Part shown: in pieces, positions 1 through 9,888 of the stretch | Layout of the letters: each line of letters starts with the position of its first letter | Position numbering within the stretch: position 1 is the stretch's first letter | Assembly: GCA_964486045.1 (NCBI GenBank) | Contig: CAZALK010000006.1 | Span: forward strand, 96,001 to 160,000 | Direction of reading: 5' to 3' | Length of the DNA: 64,000 bases | Origin: an uncultured archaeon | GTDB lineage: Archaea; Asgardarchaeota; Lokiarchaeia; Sigyniarchaeales; SOKP01 | Notes under the pieces: generated by a model | Seen by the model: only the letters and a program-made list of their open reading frames with translations | Told to the model about the DNA's origin: nothing | The model's database searches: none | Translations under genes and position numbers: made by a program

Positions 1-2373
1 ATTCTTCCTGTTTATGTCAGAGATAGACTCGATATAATGATGGGTTTTGACAATTTCTCAAAACCAAAAGATTTAAAAACTGATGATATTACATTATTGC
101 GTGTAACATCAAATATCATTGGTAGTGCTATGGAACGAAGACTTTCTGAGGATATAATAAAAGAATCTGAGGAAAAATATCGATTAATAACTGAAAATGC
201 AAATGATATGATTGGTATATTGAACGATAGGTTTGAGTGGGAATACATTAATGAAGAAACGTTTCTAAAAGTTTTAGGATACTCAAATGAAGATCTGATT
301 GGAAAGTCATCACTACTTTTTGTTCATCCAGAAGACATACGAAGAACAGCGAGAAAGTTAAGAATAGGTTTTAAAACAGGAATAGGGAGTGATGAGCTAA
401 GATTTCGAGGGAGAAATGGAGATTACGTATGGTTAGAGACAAAAGGAAGCACATTTACTAATAGAAACGGAGAGTTAAAAGCTCTTCTCATTTCAAGGGA
501 TATTTCTGAACGTAAAAAGGCAGAGGAACGGATACGAAATTCAGAACGCAAATATCGCCATTTATACGAAAACTCTCCTAATGCAATTGTCATTAGTAAT
601 AAGGATGGAATCATCTTGGAAAGCAATTCGATAACAACAGAGATTTTTGGATATGGAAAATCGGAATTTATAGGTAAAAATTATGCTGATTTAAGAATAT
701 TTACCAAAGAGCAAATAATTTTACTTCAAACTAGATTTGAAGATATGATGAAGGGAAAGAAGGTACCACCCCAAGAATTTCAAATACAAAAAGAAAATGG
801 AAAGTCAGCTTGGGTCTATTATCAAAGCTCACTTATAAAATTGCATGACGATTTTATGGTCGAAGCCTTAATTCAAGATATTTCCCAACAAAAAATAGCT
901 GAAAAGTTATTAAGAGAATCAGAAGAAAAATATCGAGTAATCTCTGAAACGGCATATGACTTGATTGGCATCTTAAATAGCAAATTTAAGTATGAATATA
1001 TTAACGAACAAGCTTTCAAACAAATTCTCGGTTATTTTAGCAAAGATCTTATTGGAAAGTCAGCTCTGAAATTTACTCATCCCGACGACATGATAGAAAC
1101 AGCTCAAGCATTAAGGGATGGATTTAAAGAGGGAAGTGGGGGTAAAGAACTAAGATTTAAACATGCTGATGGACACTGGGTTTGGATTGAAGCAAAAGGT
1201 AAGACATATCATGACATCAATGGAGATTTAAAAGCAATTGTTATTTCAAGAGATATATCCGAAAGGAAAAAAGCTGAGCAAAAATTGCAAGCCACTGAAA
1301 GGAATCTTAGAGAAAGAGTTAAAGAACTCAGTGTTTTATTTGGGATTTCTCAAATCTTAGAAAAAGGAAATATTTCAATAGAAGAAATACTATTTGGAGT
1401 TCTTCACTTAATTCCTTCAGCTTGGCAATATCCAGAGGTGACTTGTGCAAGAATCGCATTAGATAATAAATCATATAAAACAGAAAATTTTAGAGAAACT
1501 GAATGGAAATTAATTACTCAAGTTGATATTAATGAGAAACCAATGAAAATTGAAGTTTTCTACCTTGAAGATAATCCATTTCTTGAAGAAGAAAAAGCGC
1601 TAATAAGAGAGATTGGTAATCGTTTAAAAATAACTATTGAAAAAATAGATACAGAGCAAAATTTAAGAGCGTCTGAGATAAAATATAGGAAATTGGTTAA
1701 CAGCATTTCAGATCTTTTGTTAGAGGTAGATTTAAAAGGAAAAATCACCTACGCTAGTCCTCAAATTTATGATATGTTTGGATTTACTCCTTCTGAAATT
1801 CAAAATACACGAATCCATAAGTTTATTCATCCCGATGATATGCAATACGTAATGGAAACAATGAAAAAGGGATTTGAAACGAAAAAAGAAACAACACTCG
1901 AATATCGAACTCGACATAAAGACGGTCACTATATTCATGCTTCAGTAAAAGGAATAGTATTGAGTAATGGAAGATTCTATGGTGTTGTTCGAGATATAAC
2001 TAGCATAAAAATAGCCGAACATAAGTTTAGAAGCCTGCTTGACACTTCTCCAGTTGGAATTATAGAGCTTAATTTGATAACAATGAAAATAGATTATATT
2101 AATCCGAAATTAAGGGAAGCTATTGGCTTAGATTTAGTTGAATTAAATCGAAAACACGTCTACGTAGATAATTTTGACTTATCTAACAATACAGCCATAG
2201 AATTTAAGATTTATAACAAGGGTGGATTAATTTGGTTAACTGGAAAAAAGATACTGCAACATAACAAACCAGATGAGCTAAAAAGTGCGATAATATGGAT
2301 AACTGAGATTTCTGACAATAAGAAATTAGAATCGACATACGTAGCAGCTGCTAGCAGTATACGGTTGAGATGA
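1..2373 (+). CDS. Multi-PAS sensor protein, 5'-partial (frame open from position 1); no kinase domain at the C-terminus
   Basis: Repeated PAS/PAC units (ESEEKYR...HPED/HPDD...RDISERKKAE) plus a GAF-like segment (IPSAWQYPEVTCARI). Frame 1 has no stop between 1 and 37. Confidence 0.85.
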   Translation: MLPVYVRDRLDIMMGFDNFSKPKDLKTDDITLLRVTSNIIGSAMERRLSEDIIKESEEKYRLITENANDMIGILNDRFEWEYINEETFLKVLGYSNEDLIGKSSLLFVHPEDIRRTARKLRIGFKTGIGSDELRFRGRNGDYVWLETKGSTFTNRNGELKALLISRDISERKKAEERIRNSERKYRHLYENSPNAIVISNKDGIILESNSITTEIFGYGKSEFIGKNYADLRIFTKEQIILLQTRFEDMMKGKKVPPQEFQIQKENGKSAWVYYQSSLIKLHDDFMVEALIQDISQQKIAEKLLRESEEKYRVISETAYDLIGILNSKFKYEYINEQAFKQILGYFSKDLIGKSALKFTHPDDMIETAQALRDGFKEGSGGKELRFKHADGHWVWIEAKGKTYHDINGDLKAIVISRDISERKKAEQKLQATERNLRERVKELSVLFGISQILEKGNISIEEILFGVLHLIPSAWQYPEVTCARIALDNKSYKTENFRETEWKLITQVDINEKPMKIEVFYLEDNPFLEEEKALIREIGNRLKITIEKIDTEQNLRASEIKYRKLVNSISDLLLEVDLKGKITYASPQIYDMFGFTPSEIQNTRIHKFIHPDDMQYVMETMKKGFETKKETTLEYRTRHKDGHYIHASVKGIVLSNGRFYGVVRDITSIKIAEHKFRSLLDTSPVGIIELNLITMKIDYINPKLREAIGLDLVELNRKHVYVDNFDLSNNTAIEFKIYNKGGLIWLTGKKILQHNKPDELKSAIIWITEISDNKKLESTYVAAASSIRLR

Positions 2374-2435
2374 AGAAAAAATAAAACACCGAATATAAAT
2401 ATTAGATTTTAAAAAAGAAAATACAAAAAAAAATT

Positions 2436-2768
2436 TTAAATTACAGCTACTAAATCTTGTGATTTTACTTGCTTATTTACATATTTGTGAAATTGAAGTA
2501 CATTAAATTCGTATGGGTGTGTTTTTTTTAAGGTTTTAAAAAAATCACATTTTACACAATCTTTAGCTTTGTCAATAAATGATCCATTCACAGTACCAGT
2601 ACAAATAGTACCAGTAATATATGCACAAGCTCTACCTCCATTGTTTCCTTCGCAAAAACCATCTGCAGAAACATATGTTGCAGCGGGACATACACCCAAA
2701 GATTTAACATTCACTCCACCAACTTCTCTTCCACATTTTTTAAATTCCCAACAATTTAATTTATCCAT
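2436..2768 (-). CDS. Small Cys-rich CW-type domain protein (putative metal binding)
   Basis: NCWEFKKCGRE...CPA...GGRAC...GTIC...CVKCDFF pattern. Confidence 0.7.
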   Translation of the reverse strand: MDKLNCWEFKKCGREVGGVNVKSLGVCPAATYVSADGFCEGNNGGRACAYITGTICTGTVNGSFIDKAKDCVKCDFFKTLKKTHPYEFNVLQFHKYVNKQVKSQDLVAVI

Positions 2769-3059
2769 TTTTTTTACCTTCCATTTTTTATTATGATATT
2801 ATTATGATATTATATTATTATGTTATCTTAATTATTTAATATATAATAATTTTGATATTTAAATGTTTGCATATTTAATGAAAAATTTAGAAGAAATTCA
2901 TATTAACTGTTTTAAAACGCTCTTTTAGGAGAATCTAAAATAAATATAAATTAATCAGTAGTACAATAGAGACCTTTTTTTGAGGATTAATAAATTAAAA
3001 ACGAAATTTTAAAAAAAAATGAAAACCATATGTGGATATAGAAGTTAAAAGGTGTAATA

Positions 3060-4418
3060 ATGGAAATAAATAACACAACAAAAATAATAACAATAATGGA
3101 CAATTACCCTCAAGTCTACGATGAGATTTATAAACTTAATCCTAAAGTAAAGCGTTTTAAAAACCCAATAGCTCGTAAAACAATGGGTAAGAAGGCAACT
3201 ATAGAAATGGTATCAAAGATGTTGAAAATCCCAATTGAAAAACTAATTTCGACAATTACAGAAGCAATTGAATTGAGTAGTGGAGAACTGACAGATGAGG
3301 AACGTAAAGATATTTTAAAAAATATCCTATTAAAAATACATGAGGGAGGGGAATTTGGTGAGCTTAAAGAAATGTTCAGAAAAGCTGTGGGAGATATAAC
3401 TGCTCCTGAAATTGGCCAATTAGAGCAGGAATTAATTAGCGAGGGTACTTTAGAAATAAAAGATATCGCTAAATTAAGTGACTTACATGTAGCACTATTT
3501 AAAGAATCCTTGGATGAAAAACCAGATTATGATACCATACCTGGCCATCCCGTTCACACTTATCTTCAAGAGAACCTCGAAATTGCCAATTTGATTAGAC
3601 GAATCAGGACTGCGCAGGGGGATGAAAAATTAAGCTTATTCAAACAACTGGCACAAGTAGAACTTCATTATACCCGAAAAGAAAACCAAGTGTTTCCGAT
3701 ACTAGAAAAAATTGGGATATCGGGACCTCCTCAAGTGATGTGGGCGGTTCACGACAAGATCAGAACGGGTTTAAAAACTGAAAATATAGAAGACATTGAA
3801 CCGGTATTAGTACAAGTCGAAGATATGATTTATAAAGAAGAACATATCCTAATTCCAATGATAATGGAAGGATTCGAGGAGTCTCATTGGGTGAGTGTTC
3901 GTGATGGTGAAGAAGAGATTGGGTTTGCATTCGGTGTTACCCCCGGAACCAAGTGGAAACCAATTTCTGCAAGTGATGTTCACATACCCGTAGAAGCTAA
4001 ATCTTTAGGAGATAAGATTAACTTAGATGTTGGAAGCTTATCCCAGAAACAAATTAATATTATGCTTAAAACACTTCCTGTAGATATTACATTTGTCGAC
4101 GATAAAGACGAAGTTGCCTATTATTCTGACACTGAAGATAGGATCTTCCCTCGAAGTAAAGGTATAATTGGAAGAAAAGTTCAAAACTGCCATCCACCTG
4201 ATAGTGTCCATGTTGTAGAAGATATTTTAAATAAATTCAAATCTGGTGAAAAAGACGTGGCAGAGTTTTGGATACAAATGGAAGATAATTTCATAATGAT
4301 TCGTTATTTTGCTATGCGAGATGAAGAAGGGAAATATGTTGGCACGCTAGAAGTTTCTCAAGAACTTTCACGCTTAAGAACACTAGAAGGGGAGCGTCGA
4401 TTGGTTCAATGGTCCTAA
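3060..4418 (+). CDS. DUF438/DUF1858 family hemerythrin-like + PAS domain protein
   Basis: GHPVHTY..EN, HYTRKENQVFP, VMWAVHD, C-terminal PAS (LPVDITFVD...IGRKVQNCHPP). Confidence 0.85.
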   Translation: MEINNTTKIITIMDNYPQVYDEIYKLNPKVKRFKNPIARKTMGKKATIEMVSKMLKIPIEKLISTITEAIELSSGELTDEERKDILKNILLKIHEGGEFGELKEMFRKAVGDITAPEIGQLEQELISEGTLEIKDIAKLSDLHVALFKESLDEKPDYDTIPGHPVHTYLQENLEIANLIRRIRTAQGDEKLSLFKQLAQVELHYTRKENQVFPILEKIGISGPPQVMWAVHDKIRTGLKTENIEDIEPVLVQVEDMIYKEEHILIPMIMEGFEESHWVSVRDGEEEIGFAFGVTPGTKWKPISASDVHIPVEAKSLGDKINLDVGSLSQKQINIMLKTLPVDITFVDDKDEVAYYSDTEDRIFPRSKGIIGRKVQNCHPPDSVHVVEDILNKFKSGEKDVAEFWIQMEDNFIMIRYFAMRDEEGKYVGTLEVSQELSRLRTLEGERRLVQWS

Positions 4419-4516
4419 TTTACGTCTAAAAAAATGCAATTTTTACATTAATTCAATAATTTTATATCATATTGATATAGTCAAAATTTTTATCTATTTT
4501 TTCATTAATTTAATTC

Positions 4517-4951
4517 ATGTCAGATTTAGAACCAGTAAAGTATGAGGACTATAAAGTTGGTGATTCGGCAGAATTTACTAAAACGATAACCGAAAAAGAC
4601 GTTATGGCATTTGCAGAAGTGACTGGGGATTTCAACCCTATCCATGTTAATCCTGAATTTGCAAAAACCCAGATGTTTGGGAAACAAGTTGCACATGGAG
4701 CTTTGAGTTCTGGTTTAATTTCAGCGGTTTTAGGTACTAAATTATTTGGACCAGGCATACTATATGGAGGTCAAACAGTCAAATTTGTTAAACCTGTGTT
4801 TTTTGGTGATACATTAACCGCAATTGCCACTGTAAAAGATATGTTTACGAAAAAAGAAGGTAAATTGAAATTTATCATCTGTGATACCACTGTAAAAAAC
4901 CAGAATGATGAAGTAGTAACTACGGGAGAAGGTACAATAATATTTATGTGA
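4517..4951 (+). CDS. MaoC family (R)-specific enoyl-CoA hydratase
   Basis: FAEVTGDFNPIH...AHG hydratase-2 motif. Confidence 0.9.
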   Translation: MSDLEPVKYEDYKVGDSAEFTKTITEKDVMAFAEVTGDFNPIHVNPEFAKTQMFGKQVAHGALSSGLISAVLGTKLFGPGILYGGQTVKFVKPVFFGDTLTAIATVKDMFTKKEGKLKFIICDTTVKNQNDEVVTTGEGTIIFM

Positions 4952-5140
4952 CTTTTTCACTCTTTTTTTTCATTTTATTTATGTTACTATGAACCTTCTT
5001 ATATCCTAAATTTTACTTTAGTTGATATTAGTACATCTTAAATTAGTAAATGGTTTAAATTCATCATTTTCGGAAAGATTACACTTATTTTTCTTTGTTC
5101 AAAAATATACCCGAGTATATTCCTAATTATCTCAAATTAT

Positions 5141-6301
5141 TTATAGTCCTAACTGTTCTTTCATCTTATCCGCTCCTGGCCAGTTTTGTAGAGTAATATA
5201 CCGTCGGTCACGAATGATCAAGCCATCTTTGTCTAGCAGAAGAAATGAAATAAAGGGTGTCTCCTTGAAGATTCCCTTTACGTTCCAGGAAATGATACCT
5301 TCTACCACTACTTGGTTTCCTTTGGCATAAATCATAGCGAGACGCATTTTCCTGTCTGGTGCTTTTTCTTTAATGATTGCCTCGATTTTTTTTGCTATAC
5401 CCAGATTATAGGAGCATCTCTGTGTTGGTAGCTGCATTCTGAACCTTTTTGTGTGGAAAATCTTAGCATTGAGGTTGGTGTTGTAGGTATCTAGCCATTC
5501 ATTTTCGATAATTAACAGATTTCTCTTTTCCAAATCGCTGAGGTTGAGTGTTGATTGCTGGGATTTCTGGTAATCGTATAACTGATCCGTTACGCCCTTT
5601 TTCTGTGATTGATTTCCTGTTCCCGATGTACTCTGTTCTCGTCTACCGCGCGAAGATGGCCAATTATCTAAATCAATGTAGCTTCGATCCATCAGGACTG
5701 TGCCGTCCACATCATAAAGTAGCACTACGCCAAAAGCAGTTTCTCTCAAGATATTATCTTTGCTCCAGGTGACGATGACCTCAGTCAAAATCTGGTTGTT
5801 GACTGGGATGATGGAACCGATCCGTATGATACGATCTGGATTGCCAAGGAAAGATCGCCATGATGCTCTTGGAGTTATCTTTCGGGAGTTTTCCATGATT
5901 TTCCATCCTGTTCTTTCCATCCATGCATCGAAATTAGCTTGCACTCCTTCAGCAGTTGTGTAAACTCGATTTCTATCCTCCACTGCTGGCACAAAATATT
6001 TAATACCCATAAGATAAGTCTGTAGCGCCATCTGTAGTACTGCTCCCCGGTACAGGAAGGGATAGGCTGCATTACCTACGATATAAATATTATATGCATC
6101 TCGCCACAGGATTTCTGTAACTTCTTTATTGCGCTTTTCCAGTTCTGTCAGCTCACCGGGATTTACTTTATCTCGGTAGATAAAATGTAGGGGTACATTA
6201 TCAAAAACGAAGAAATAGTCCAATGGTCGGTTCTTGGTGATTTTCTGATAAAACGCATCTCTTTCCTGATCTGTTAATGTTAATTTTTCTATAATCGTCA
6301 C
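5141..6301 (-). CDS. Hypothetical protein with two tandem NTF2/SnoaL-like domains
   Basis: Internal duplication (LEKRN...W.D.YN; PDR...N...E....W.....ET.F...L..D.DG....DR.YI.L.NWP occurs twice). GTG start directly abuts the upstream stop. Confidence 0.6.
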   Translation of the reverse strand: MTIIEKLTLTDQERDAFYQKITKNRPLDYFFVFDNVPLHFIYRDKVNPGELTELEKRNKEVTEILWRDAYNIYIVGNAAYPFLYRGAVLQMALQTYLMGIKYFVPAVEDRNRVYTTAEGVQANFDAWMERTGWKIMENSRKITPRASWRSFLGNPDRIIRIGSIIPVNNQILTEVIVTWSKDNILRETAFGVVLLYDVDGTVLMDRSYIDLDNWPSSRGRREQSTSGTGNQSQKKGVTDQLYDYQKSQQSTLNLSDLEKRNLLIIENEWLDTYNTNLNAKIFHTKRFRMQLPTQRCSYNLGIAKKIEAIIKEKAPDRKMRLAMIYAKGNQVVVEGIISWNVKGIFKETPFISFLLLDKDGLIIRDRRYITLQNWPGADKMKEQLGL

Positions 6302-9055
6302 CTACTCGGAAACTAACCGTACCTCGCCGTTGTCGCCGTTCATTGTAATTATAGATCCATCTTTGATGAGTTTTAAGGCTTTTGGAAGTGATACCGCCGG
6401 TAAACCGTATTCTCGCGACAGGCACGAGAAGTGCGCAAGCATACCCCCAGTCTGGGCGATCACGCCACTAACGATGCTGAACGCCGATGTCCAGCCTGGA
6501 TCCGTGCCGTGACAGATAAGGATGTCACCTTTCTCCAGTCGGCCAATGTCCTTCAATGTGGGAATGATCTTAGCTCGCCCTGTTGCTATCCCACGACTGG
6601 TCCCGATTCCTTTCAAAATATCATCGCTATCATCACCTGCTGCCTCAACCTCGTCCATTGGTATATTACCCTTAAGAAAAAGTGGAGGATCTTCTTCATG
6701 CGTAAGGAAACGGTTGAAAGACTTCTTACGAGCAGCAATTTTTGCCCTAGCAAGTGTTTGTGATTCACTTCCTTCAAGCAGCCTACCAAGTTCGTCTAGT
6801 GAAAGGAAATAGAAATCATTTTCTCCCTCTAACAGACCTCGGGACACTGTTCTCCTTCCAAGCTCCCCGAGTATTTTCTTCTTCCAGAAGGTCATAGCAT
6901 CCCCTGCGGAGCGACCTTCATCGCGTGATTCCAACATAAGCAAACAATAATGAACTAGAAACTTGAAAATTGGTACTTTTACTTCGCCCAATGGCTGCTT
7001 GGAGAGATTCTCGATCACTTCTATAGTTGCGGCTTCTCGTCGTCCCCTCAATTTCTCTTCTCTTTCTTCTGGAGATTCAACATCATCAGTAGTCGCAAGA
7101 AGCCGTAGAGCCTTGTAATCAAGCGTTGGATCCTCAATACGGCGTTGATAATAAATATCTCGGTCGGCATGGCCCCGGTAGAAGTTCATCTCCAAGAATT
7201 CCTCATATTGAGAGAGAAAAGCGCGTCCTTCCTCGTGATTCTTGAGTTCCTCAAAGAATGTATCCCCTCTGAACTCCATGAGTAGTGTACGTAGCTTTTC
7301 AGATTTCCTGATCTTCTCCCCAAGTTTCCAGAAATCATAATCGTCGTTAAACTGATTTGTACGCTCAGGAAGGCCGGTAATCACATCTGTAAATGCGTTT
7401 AGATTATCACCTTTATACCAGTAACGCAGTACACCCTCCAGAAGGGCTTGGATCACGGGACCATAGAGAAAAGAAGAAGCCCAACCTCCTCTTCCAGCTG
7501 CTTTGCCAAAGGCCTTAAGAAAATTTTCCAAGATAAGCTTAATTTCGTTGTCTCCTTTTTTATAAAACTCCTTCAAGGATGAAAACTGTGCTTTTACTTG
7601 GTTACGTCTCTGGTCATAACGTTTCCCCCCCTTACGACTCGCGCGTAATATCGGTCTTCTATTAGCGAAACCATTTACTCCCATCTCGGGATGATTTATC
7701 TCAACGCTGCTATAGATTTTCAATGATCGCCAAAGATCAAATGGTGCATTCAATGCACTTTTCAGCTGTGATGGATGAAGTCGTCGGAGCATGGGTTCCC
7801 TCAAACTTGGCGGAAGACTGTACTCAGCCATGAGCATATCGACTTTAGTGTTGTAATACATTGTACCTCGTGAATATTTCATCCATCGAATCTCAGCCAG
7901 ATCTCCCATGTTGAAAGGTTGGTAGCTACCTCTAGCACCATCACGGATCCAGCGACCACGGACTGACCAGAATAAGGGTGTAATCGCACCAGTCCACCAC
8001 TCATCTGCTGCTGCCCTTGTCCAGATAACGTCTTCCTCTTCCGGGAGTGACGGCCACAAGTCAAGATCCTCTTCCCAAGTGAACTCCACCCCGGTCACCG
8101 GACGGGACTGGAGAAGGAAGAAGGAACCACCCTCCAATGCCCATTCTATGTCTTGTGGCAAACCATCGTAATATTCAGCAGTTTTCCTACCCATTTCCGC
8201 AAGGATGCAAATTTGATCATCCATAAGAGTATATTGGTTCTGAAGAGTAACAGGTATTGGTTTTTGGATCGTACCACTTCCGGATTCCAGATCTCGGATT
8301 ATCTGTAGCTCTTTGCTGCCAAGGCTGCGGCGTTTTACCGTGAGAGAATCCCGATCGACAATGTATTCATCCGGTGTAACACTACCCGATACTACTGTCT
8401 CACCGAGTCCCCAGCTTGAATTGATTACAATCTCATCAGCCCTAGCATTCATTGGATTTCCGACAAACATCACCCCAGCAACATCAGGTTTGACCATTTT
8501 CTGGATTACAACTGCAATACCAATAGATTCATGCTTGAATCCCTTATTATGACGATATTCTGTGACTCGCGTGGTCCATATAGACGCCCAGCACCGTTGA
8601 ACAGCATCTACTAGCATATTCTCTCCTCTCACATCAAGATATGTCTCGTATTGCCCAGCAAATGATGCTCCTGCTAAATCCTCAGCAGTTGCTGATGAAC
8701 GAACCGCCACATATGCCATTTCATCCCCAAACTTCTTGTATTCCAGCATGATCTCTTGGATCAAGCCATCAGGGAGATTGGAACCTGTGATTGCATCTCT
8801 GATCTTCTCTGTCTTTTTCTCCAACTCATCGAGGTTCTCATAATCAAGCCCACCCAAGATCTTTTCTATCTTGAGCTCAAGTTCATTTGCCCGAAGAAAC
8901 TCCGTGTAGGCACCTGTTGTAACTACAAACCCGGATGGAACAGGGAATCCAGCTTTAACCAACTTACCCAAACTCGCACCTTTACCACCCACCGCGGCAA
9001 TCTGGGTTGAGTCATCTGTACCAAGACTAACTAGAAAACTTTCTGTTTTTGACAT
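6302..9055 (-). CDS. PEP-utilising / rifampicin phosphotransferase-like ATP-dependent dikinase (ATP-grasp, substrate domain, C-terminal phospho-His swivel)
   Basis: VGGKGASL, AVRSSATAEDL..ASFAGQY, PQDIEWA..LLQSRPVT; C-terminal TDPGWT...GGMLAH..LSREYGLPAV. Confidence 0.85.
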   Translation of the reverse strand: MSKTESFLVSLGTDDSTQIAAVGGKGASLGKLVKAGFPVPSGFVVTTGAYTEFLRANELELKIEKILGGLDYENLDELEKKTEKIRDAITGSNLPDGLIQEIMLEYKKFGDEMAYVAVRSSATAEDLAGASFAGQYETYLDVRGENMLVDAVQRCWASIWTTRVTEYRHNKGFKHESIGIAVVIQKMVKPDVAGVMFVGNPMNARADEIVINSSWGLGETVVSGSVTPDEYIVDRDSLTVKRRSLGSKELQIIRDLESGSGTIQKPIPVTLQNQYTLMDDQICILAEMGRKTAEYYDGLPQDIEWALEGGSFFLLQSRPVTGVEFTWEEDLDLWPSLPEEEDVIWTRAAADEWWTGAITPLFWSVRGRWIRDGARGSYQPFNMGDLAEIRWMKYSRGTMYYNTKVDMLMAEYSLPPSLREPMLRRLHPSQLKSALNAPFDLWRSLKIYSSVEINHPEMGVNGFANRRPILRASRKGGKRYDQRRNQVKAQFSSLKEFYKKGDNEIKLILENFLKAFGKAAGRGGWASSFLYGPVIQALLEGVLRYWYKGDNLNAFTDVITGLPERTNQFNDDYDFWKLGEKIRKSEKLRTLLMEFRGDTFFEELKNHEEGRAFLSQYEEFLEMNFYRGHADRDIYYQRRIEDPTLDYKALRLLATTDDVESPEEREEKLRGRREAATIEVIENLSKQPLGEVKVPIFKFLVHYCLLMLESRDEGRSAGDAMTFWKKKILGELGRRTVSRGLLEGENDFYFLSLDELGRLLEGSESQTLARAKIAARKKSFNRFLTHEEDPPLFLKGNIPMDEVEAAGDDSDDILKGIGTSRGIATGRAKIIPTLKDIGRLEKGDILICHGTDPGWTSAFSIVSGVIAQTGGMLAHFSCLSREYGLPAVSLPKALKLIKDGSIITMNGDNGEVRLVSE

Positions 9056-9297
9056 TATAATCTTCTTATTTATAATAATGAGTAAGGAAAAAATTATTTC
9101 TATAACTCTTTATTTTAAACAATTATTTTTTAAAAACTAAATAATTATTTTTTTATTATCGATATTAATAAATCTTACCAATTACAACAAAATAAATCAA
9201 AATGACTTTGTAATATAGTTTGCTTTAAAATAATATCTTATTTATGGATCAATGGAGTAGATTTTAAAAATATATAAAATCGAACAAAAAGTGTTTA

Positions 9298-9840
9298 TTA
9301 ATATTCAATTCCATATCGAGCTGTTATCCCCTTTGAAGAATAGTAATGTTTTATCATCTTCATTTCGGTCACTAAATCTGCCATCTCTTTTATTTTAGGA
9401 TGCATTTTTGGGCCTCCTGTTAGAACCAACTCTACTTTTTCTGGTTTATTTTTTATTAGCTTTAATACTGGTTCAACGGAGATTACATTCATTGATATAG
9501 CAACACCAACCTCATCAAGAATCACGATATCATATTCATCACTCATGATAATCTCTTCTGCAAAATCGAGTGCTTTGTTTCCTTCATTTATATCGAATTC
9601 CCCTGGCTCTGAAATTAGTTCAGGGCTCCCAAACTGTTTTAACTCAAAATTAGAAACAGCTTTAATGGCTTTGATTTCCCCATATTTATAATTACCTTTC
9701 ATAAATTGTATCATAAATACTTTAAAACCATGCCCGGTTGCACGTATACCTTGTCCTATCGCTGCTGTAGTTTTCCCCTTACCACGTCCAAAATAAACTT
9801 GTACTAATCCTTCTTTTAATCTTTTTCTTGAAATACTCAT
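9298..9840 (-). CDS. cobO: Cob(I)yrinic acid a,c-diamide adenosyltransferase (CobO/BtuR type)
   Basis: QVYFGRGKGKTTAAIG, QFMKG, DIVILDEV, ADLVTEM..IKH. Confidence 0.92.
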   Translation of the reverse strand: MSISRKRLKEGLVQVYFGRGKGKTTAAIGQGIRATGHGFKVFMIQFMKGNYKYGEIKAIKAVSNFELKQFGSPELISEPGEFDINEGNKALDFAEEIIMSDEYDIVILDEVGVAISMNVISVEPVLKLIKNKPEKVELVLTGGPKMHPKIKEMADLVTEMKMIKHYYSSKGITARYGIEY

Positions 9841-9888
9841 TTTTAAAAAATCCTTTTTATACTTATTGAAGTGGTTGAAAAAATCATG

